From a virus: 38,310 nucleotides of DNA. The translations under genes and the position numbers were made by a program. The stretch lies in the IMG/VR virus record IMGVR_UViG_3300043932_000190; one strand, written 5' to 3'. Shown one piece after another: positions 33,383-38,310 of this stretch (within the stretch, counting starts at the first letter, position 1; the number at the start of each line of letters is the position of its first letter). The notes beneath the pieces were generated by a model. That model was not told the DNA's origin. It worked only from the letters and a program-made list of their open reading frames with translations, and searched no databases.

Positions 33383-33934
33383 ATGGCAGAAGAAACACAA
33401 AATCAGGAAAAAACTGAATCAACTCAGACAACTGAAACGACCACTCAGGCACCTATCACATATACGCAGGCTCAACTTGACAGCGAGGCCGATAAGCGTG
33501 CAGCTAAGGCGCTTGAAACGGCCAAGGCAAAATGGCAAGAGGAACAGGCTAAGGCGCTTGAAGACGCAAAGAGCGAAGGTGCCCGTCTTGCTAAGATGAC
33601 CGAAGATGAAAAGGCCAAAGAACTCGAGAAACAGCGACAGGCTGAACTCGATAAACGTGAAGCTGAACTCAATCAGCGTGAATTGTCGACAAGCACGAAG
33701 TCATTGCTCGTTGACAAAGGACTGCCAACTGATTTTGCTGGCTCTCTGGTTGCCTTGGGTGATGCTGACAAGATCAAGACGGCTGTTGAAAATATTCAGA
33801 AGACAATTCAGGAAACGGTCAATAAGCAGGTTGAAGCCAAGTTGCAAACTGACCCGCCTAAGAATGGTGCTTCTGCCCTTGATGGTGCCGACGATCCATT
33901 CAAGAAAATCATGGCACAATACAAGAAAAAATAG
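33383..33934 (+). CDS. Scaffolding protein
   Basis: 183 aa, highly charged and helical (E/K/A/Q-rich), RBS caggagga, directly upstream of the capsid gene. Confidence 0.75.
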   Translation: MAEETQNQEKTESTQTTETTTQAPITYTQAQLDSEADKRAAKALETAKAKWQEEQAKALEDAKSEGARLAKMTEDEKAKELEKQRQAELDKREAELNQRELSTSTKSLLVDKGLPTDFAGSLVALGDADKIKTAVENIQKTIQETVNKQVEAKLQTDPPKNGASALDGADDPFKKIMAQYKKK

Positions 33935-33947
33935 GAGGTAGCTAATC

Positions 33948-34868
33948 ATGGCTACAGAAAACAATCTTTTACCGGTACGGCTTTATCAAAAGGAATTCAT
34001 TGCCCTCATGCAGACGGTGTTTGGGGTTCAGAGCCAGTTCACGCCAACGTTCGGCGACTTGCAGGCAATCGATGGTGTTCAGAACAGCGCTATTGCATTC
34101 AGCGTAAAGGCTAACGATGTGCCGGTTGCCGTTGGGGAGTACAGCACCGACGCCAACACCGCGTTCGGAACGGGTACCAGCAACTCTAACCGGTTTGGCC
34201 AGATGCAGGAAATCGTATATGGCGATGTTGATGTGCCTTACGACTACGGCTGGAGTTTCAACGAAGGCATCGACCAGTTCACCGTCAATAACGACCTGAA
34301 CGCTGCTGTTGCCGACCGCCTTAACTTGCAGGCTCAGGCTAAGACCCGCCTGTTCAACAGCAAGCTCGGCGCATATCTTGCCGCAAGTGCAGCGGCTGAC
34401 CTTGGTGCGGTTGATGACGTCAACAAGGTCTTTGAAGAGGCGTCTGAACGATACACCGACTTGGAAGTTGTTGTTCCGATTCGTGCGTATGTCACGGCCG
34501 AGGTATACAACGCCATCATTGACCATCAGTTGGTAACCAGCTACAAAGGTTCCGCTGTGAACATCGATGAGAACGGCATCGTGCGTTTCCGCGACATCGT
34601 TGTTACCAAGACGCCTACCCGTTACATGGCTGGTAAGGCCATCATCTTCTCACCTGATAACATTGGTCGAGCATTTACCGGTATCAACGTTGTTCGTACC
34701 ATTCAGACCCCAGACTTTGCCGGGTATGCGCTCCAAGGTGCTGGCAAGGCTGGTCAGTGGATCAGCGATGACAACAAGAAGGCCGTCTTCACTGCTGGTA
34801 CGTCGGCAACTACCACGACTTCCACCGTGGCACCATCTACTACCACGACTACGACAGCTCAAGGCTAG
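33948..34868 (+). CDS. Major capsid protein with a C-terminal poly-Thr tail
   Basis: 306 aa, RBS aggaggt, positioned after the scaffold gene. Ends ...FTAGTSATTTTSTVAPSTTTTTTAQG. Confidence 0.8.
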   Translation: MATENNLLPVRLYQKEFIALMQTVFGVQSQFTPTFGDLQAIDGVQNSAIAFSVKANDVPVAVGEYSTDANTAFGTGTSNSNRFGQMQEIVYGDVDVPYDYGWSFNEGIDQFTVNNDLNAAVADRLNLQAQAKTRLFNSKLGAYLAASAAADLGAVDDVNKVFEEASERYTDLEVVVPIRAYVTAEVYNAIIDHQLVTSYKGSAVNIDENGIVRFRDIVVTKTPTRYMAGKAIIFSPDNIGRAFTGINVVRTIQTPDFAGYALQGAGKAGQWISDDNKKAVFTAGTSATTTTSTVAPSTTTTTTAQG

Positions 34869-34935
34869 TTAATTGATCTAAGTCGCCTTCGAAATGGGAC
34901 AGTACGGGAAACCGGGCGGCTGATTGGAGGACAGA

Positions 34936-35814
34936 ATGAAGCTTATTTTGTGTCAACCCGCTATTAAGAGATTCGAGTGGGAACTAGAAGTCTGCCTAAC
35001 CAATCTGCAAAGTGTCGGGTTTGACATGAAAGATGTCGTTTTGCTCTTCACTGTGCATGATTCTAAGGTGCCAGAAACGCTTGCAAACAAATATGGAGTA
35101 GAAGTGCACACGTATACCGACAAGCGCTCAGACAAGCAATATATTCCATCTGTGAAGCCTTGGCTTTGGTGGCAATATCTTGCGGAAGATCCTGAACGTG
35201 AAAACGAGGACTACTTTTACTTTGACAGCGATGTAATCTTCCGAAAACGGCCAGACTTTCGCAAGCTGAAAGCAAGGCCTGATCGTTGGTTGTGCAGCAA
35301 CACATTGAGCTATATCAGCGTTGACTATATTAAGCAGTGTGAACACGGAGAAGAAATCCTGAAACGCATGGCCGATATTGTCGGAGTCACGTTGGCCTCG
35401 CTTGAAACGATCAACCACAATTCTGGCGGTGCTCAATGGATCATCAGTCACCCGTCAGCAGAATACTGGCGCAAGGTGTATGCCGACAGCAACCGACTGT
35501 GGCAGTATTTGCAGACAGTCGATAGCAACATCCAGAAATGGACTGCTGAAATGTGGTCGCAGCTTTGGAACATGATGTACTTCAACATCGGGCCCGTCAT
35601 CAGTGATGAGCTCGATTTTTGTTGGGCTACTGATCCCATCAAGCGATGGAATGAAACTAAGATCATGCACAACGCTGGTGTGACTGTGAATGACAAACGT
35701 TTGTTCTTCAAAGGACAGTATGTCAATCGAACGCCGTTTGATGATGATCTTAGTTTTGTCGACAAGTCGAGGTGCTCATACAAGTATGCTCAAGCAGTAA
35801 AGGCGGTGAAATGA
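34936..35814 (+). CDS. Putative glycosyltransferase-like protein (DxD motif) within the head module
   Basis: Start refined to ATG 34936 (MKLILCQPAI..), RBS ggagga. YFYFDSDVIF is a DxD-type motif after a beta-alpha-beta-like N-terminus. Its stop overlaps the next gene's start (ATGATG). Confidence 0.45.
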   Translation: MKLILCQPAIKRFEWELEVCLTNLQSVGFDMKDVVLLFTVHDSKVPETLANKYGVEVHTYTDKRSDKQYIPSVKPWLWWQYLAEDPERENEDYFYFDSDVIFRKRPDFRKLKARPDRWLCSNTLSYISVDYIKQCEHGEEILKRMADIVGVTLASLETINHNSGGAQWIISHPSAEYWRKVYADSNRLWQYLQTVDSNIQKWTAEMWSQLWNMMYFNIGPVISDELDFCWATDPIKRWNETKIMHNAGVTVNDKRLFFKGQYVNRTPFDDDLSFVDKSRCSYKYAQAVKAVK

Positions 35815-36173
35815 TGGCTGATTCAGACACAAACGCAAAGATTTTGGCAAGTGTGAAGCTTCGCATCGGTTTGACCGATACACTGCAAGACGACTTGCTA
35901 AACGACCTTATTGATGACGTAAACGCTCATGTGCTGGCTTATATCAACCAAGACGGTGTAATCAACCAGACAGTGCCAACTGCTGTTACATGGGTAATCA
36001 AAGACGTTGTGGTTAAGATGTACAACCGCAATGGTGACGAAGGCAAAACTGCCAGCAGTGAGGGTAATGTCTCAAACACATGGGAAACCATTGATTTATC
36101 TCAGTATGCTGACGGCCTTGATGTTTATCGCGAGTCATCACAAAGCCGAAGACCGGGGATGAGGTTTGTGTAA
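35811..36173 (+). CDS. Head-tail connector protein (gp6/gp15-like)
   Basis: 120 aa (MMADSDTNAKILASVKLRIGLTD..LLNDLIDDV..). Position and N-terminal pattern are typical of head-tail connector / DNA-packaging proteins. Confidence 0.65.
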   Translation: MMADSDTNAKILASVKLRIGLTDTLQDDLLNDLIDDVNAHVLAYINQDGVINQTVPTAVTWVIKDVVVKMYNRNGDEGKTASSEGNVSNTWETIDLSQYADGLDVYRESSQSRRPGMRFV

Positions 36174-36469
36174 TGAGATACAACAATCGAATCACCCTCA
36201 TCAGGAAGTCACCGCCGGCTGATCCATTGCATGATAGGCCGACAGATACGCGCGAGACGGTCACTTGCCTGACAATCCCAATCACCAGTGCACAGGAACT
36301 TTCTGTATACGGTCTTGTGAACACGATGGCCTATGAGATTCACGTGAAGAATCCTGTATTGCCTGTGAACGAGATCGAACTTGATGGCGTCAAGTGGACA
36401 ATAAATAAGACATTTGTAAATCGCAAGTCAACCGTGTTCATCGTGTCTGGAGGTGCAAGCAATGGCTGA
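36173..36469 (+). CDS. Head closure / head-tail adaptor protein
   Basis: 98 aa (MRYNNRITLIRKS...), TAATG overlap. Confidence 0.65.
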   Translation: MRYNNRITLIRKSPPADPLHDRPTDTRETVTCLTIPITSAQELSVYGLVNTMAYEIHVKNPVLPVNEIELDGVKWTINKTFVNRKSTVFIVSGGASNG

Positions 36470-36836
36470 TATTAACGTCACGTGGACTGGCCTAAGCAGT
36501 CTCATGGAACAGATTGGTGCTACGGCAGCAGAAACGATTGAAGCTGCCTCATCGGCAATGAAGACAACCACAGGCCAAGTGCAAGCCCAAGCAAAACAAA
36601 TTGCACCGAAACGAACGGGGTTCATGGCAAACAACATCAGTGTTGAGCCAGTCAAGAAGACAGCTACGTCTGTGACGGGAACTGTCAATGCAAAAGCTGA
36701 CTATTCCTCCTTTGTTGAGTTTGGAACTTACAAAATGTCAGCAGAGCCGTTTATTAGGCCGGCCGTATCTGCTGGGCAATCATTGTTCATCAAAACGACA
36801 ATGGACAAGCTGAAGGAGGCAGCCACATTCAAATGA
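36462..36836 (+). CDS. HK97 gp10-like tail-completion / neck protein
   Basis: Start refined to ATG 36462, RBS ggaggtg. The pattern ..IAPKRTGFMANNI...YSSFVEFGT..M.AEPFIRPA is typical of the HK97 gp10 family. Confidence 0.7.
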   Translation: MADINVTWTGLSSLMEQIGATAAETIEAASSAMKTTTGQVQAQAKQIAPKRTGFMANNISVEPVKKTATSVTGTVNAKADYSSFVEFGTYKMSAEPFIRPAVSAGQSLFIKTTMDKLKEAATFK

Positions 36837-37198
36837 CACTCTCGGAATGGTATGAAGATGTTCAAACACAATTGACTGCTGACGGTCTTAACCCTGTATT
36901 CATTCAGCCGGACGCTAAGAGCACACTGCCATTAGTTTTCGTAAACGTTCACGTTGATGCCGATATGTCATCCAAGACAGCGACGCTTGCGAGCGTTGGT
37001 CAGCAGATTGACATATACGACAGTATCGACACTCCGCCGGCTGAATGGGAGGACTTCGTTCGCAATGTTAAATGGTCACTCAGCAAGGTGACACGATGGC
37101 AGTCATTAACGGCATCTAATTCAATCGACACAAGCATGGGCGATAGCAGTCCGCTGCGCCGCTGCATGCTCCTCATTACTCTAGAAGGAGATTATTGA
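36833..37198 (+). CDS. Tail terminator / tail-completion protein
   Basis: 121 aa, ATGA overlap, immediately upstream of the major tail protein. Confidence 0.55.
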   Translation: MTLSEWYEDVQTQLTADGLNPVFIQPDAKSTLPLVFVNVHVDADMSSKTATLASVGQQIDIYDSIDTPPAEWEDFVRNVKWSLSKVTRWQSLTASNSIDTSMGDSSPLRRCMLLITLEGDY

Positions 37199-37200
37199 TT

Positions 37201-37833
37201 ATGGCAGATCCAGTAAACAACGGTATCGAATTTGTAAAAGATACCCCATATCGTGGCAAAGATGTTTGGTATTTCATCCAATCAACTAACCCAGCAGTAG
37301 CACCAATTGGCAGCCCTGCAATCTTGCCGGCTCACCAAGAGTCTGGCGATACAAGCATTGAAGGTGATTCTCTTGATGAACAGACCAAGATGGGCCGTAT
37401 CATTGCCGCATCCACTAACGAAGATAGCATTGAGCTGACAACCTACATGGTTCCGGGTGATAAAGCGCACGACATCATCATTGATGCCAAGCATGAAGGC
37501 CGTCAGGTTAAGGTATGGCGTGTCATTGTTGACTCACGTCTTGCAGTTGTTGAGGGCGACCACAAAGCCTATCCAGCGATGTTTGGTTACGGTGTTGTTG
37601 ATAGTGCCGACATCTCTGATGAAGACAGTTTCTCTGAGATCGACTTCACCCTGAACATCATCGGCAAACTTGCGGATAAGAACGAAGATGGGACGCCGGG
37701 CACGTTCCCGTTATCCGACAATCAAGTTGCAATGCTCGATCAGCTCTATTCATTCGAACGCCCAGGCGAAAAAGAAGGAGAGTTTGCAGATGGCTCTGCA
37801 ACGTCAACCACCACAACCACTTCTCACGCTTAA
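37201..37833 (+). CDS. Major tail (tube) protein with a C-terminal poly-Thr tail
   Basis: Start refined to ATG 37201 (MADPVNNGIEF), RBS gaaggag. 210 aa. Positioned before the chaperone genes. Ends ...FADGSATSTTTTTSHA. Confidence 0.75.
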   Translation: MADPVNNGIEFVKDTPYRGKDVWYFIQSTNPAVAPIGSPAILPAHQESGDTSIEGDSLDEQTKMGRIIAASTNEDSIELTTYMVPGDKAHDIIIDAKHEGRQVKVWRVIVDSRLAVVEGDHKAYPAMFGYGVVDSADISDEDSFSEIDFTLNIIGKLADKNEDGTPGTFPLSDNQVAMLDQLYSFERPGEKEGEFADGSATSTTTTTSHA

Positions 37834-37896
37834 TTAATCGCACACAGAGACGAGTAGGCTACGGCCGATCTGAGACGATAATCTAGGAGGATATTC

Positions 37897-38310
37897 ATGT
37901 TAGAAATTCAAGTAAAAGGTCAACCTGTAGAAGCAAAGTTCAATTTTCGCGCTTTGTTCCGCGCAAACAAGCTATACAGCTCTGCTGAAGGTGCTAACGA
38001 TGGCGCAAGCTCAATCTGGCTGGCATTCGTGACTGATGACGATATGGCATTGTTCAAAGCATTACGCGTGTTGCTTCCAAAGTCATACACAGACGACGAC
38101 ATCATGGACGTGCTCGACCAGGCAGAAGAAGACGGTAAATCTCAAGAGCTGTTTGAAGCGGTTGAGCAGGAGCTTCATAAATCCGGTTTTTTCAAACACG
38201 CCGCGCAACGCTGGCTGAACTTGACCGAAAAATACGGGAAAGCATTGACGGACAAGAAGAACAAGACAGCCGAAGAGAAGATTCAAGAAGCAGCGACCAA
38301 GGATACCCTG
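37897..38310 (+). CDS. Tail assembly chaperone gpG-like. The ORF runs off the window end and finishes at 124-126 after circular closure.
   Basis: ATG 37897 after aggagga. The frame is open to 38310 (MLEIQVKGQPVEAKFNFRALF...). It lies between the major tail protein and TMP genes. Confidence 0.75.
   Translation, partial: MLEIQVKGQPVEAKFNFRALFRANKLYSSAEGANDGASSIWLAFVTDDDMALFKALRVLLPKSYTDDDIMDVLDQAEEDGKSQELFEAVEQELHKSGFFKHAAQRWLNLTEKYGKALTDKKNKTAEEKIQEAATKDTL
38187..38193 (+). promoter_or_regulatory. Candidate -1 programmed ribosomal frameshift site (T TTT TTC) for G-T fusion
   Basis: In the gpG frame, ggT TTT TTC aaa fits the X XXY YYZ pattern. The -1 frame has a stop (taa 38178-80) just upstream, then stays open from there through the junction to 431. 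Confidence 0.65.
38212..38310. repeat. Terminal direct repeat, copy 2 (identical to 1..99)
   Basis: Exact 99-nt identity with the window start. Confidence 0.9.

Noticed and set aside
33303-33941. Alternative-frame ORFs over the scaffold gene (33303-33599, 33606-33941).
   Set aside because: These are Arg/Lys-rich translations produced by shifting the GAA/AAG-rich scaffold frame. The scaffold frame has the RBS and the expected composition.
1-38310. CRISPR arrays, rRNA genes, IS elements or transposases, and toxin genes of known families.
   Set aside because: No regularly spaced repeat/spacer structure was seen. The only recombinase signature is the tyrosine integrase. No rRNA-like sequence was seen.

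Overview
The window is a complete temperate siphovirus genome of about 38.2 kb. Bases 1-99 are identical to 38212-38310, so this is a circular or permuted assembly overlap that cuts through the tail-chaperone gene. Protein motifs and gene order suggest a Lactobacillaceae (Lacticaseibacillus-like) phage or prophage; that host call is inference only.

Gene order from the window start:
- Tail and lysis (1-9904): tail chaperone gpG/gpT, tape measure, Dit, Tal, a BppU-like tail protein with a GDPD domain, three membrane/holin-like proteins, and an amidase endolysin.
- Integration and lysogeny (9905-13853): terminator and attP region with GTACCGG repeats, integrase (-), a lipoprotein (-), ImmA-like protease (-), cI-like repressor (-), and a divergent cro-like gene.
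- Early region (13906-25883): antirepressor, a second divergent XRE pair, RecT, a Cas4-like PD-(D/E)XK nuclease, a replisome organiser with internal iterons, a DnaC/DnaI-like loader, a RusA-like resolvase, two adjacent DNA methyltransferases, a run of small ORFs, and an ArpU-like late regulator.
- Accessory island between ArpU and terS (25884-29058), about 3.2 kb.
- Late region (29059-38310): TerS, TerL, portal, gp7-like protein, scaffold, major capsid, a glycosyltransferase-like ORF, connector genes, and major tail protein.

Most interesting observations:
1. About 1 kb with no convincing ORF (25884-26840), stem-rich, holding five tRNA-shaped modules that keep acceptor, D and T arms but all lack a 7-nt anticodon loop. 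It is followed by one canonical tRNA(CAU). This may be a GOLLD/ROOL-class RNA or a new phage RNA.
2. A visibly AT-rich, terminator-insulated two-gene cassette (27216-28620): a 295-aa soluble protein plus a 183-aa four-TM protein. It is a candidate prophage defence or exclusion system.
3. A DxD glycosyltransferase-like gene sits inside the head module, and both the capsid and tail-tube proteins end in near-identical poly-Thr tails. This suggests virion O-glycosylation.
4. The C5-methyltransferase gene appears to have its central segment in a shifted reading frame.

All homology statements come from motifs recognised by eye. No database search was run.
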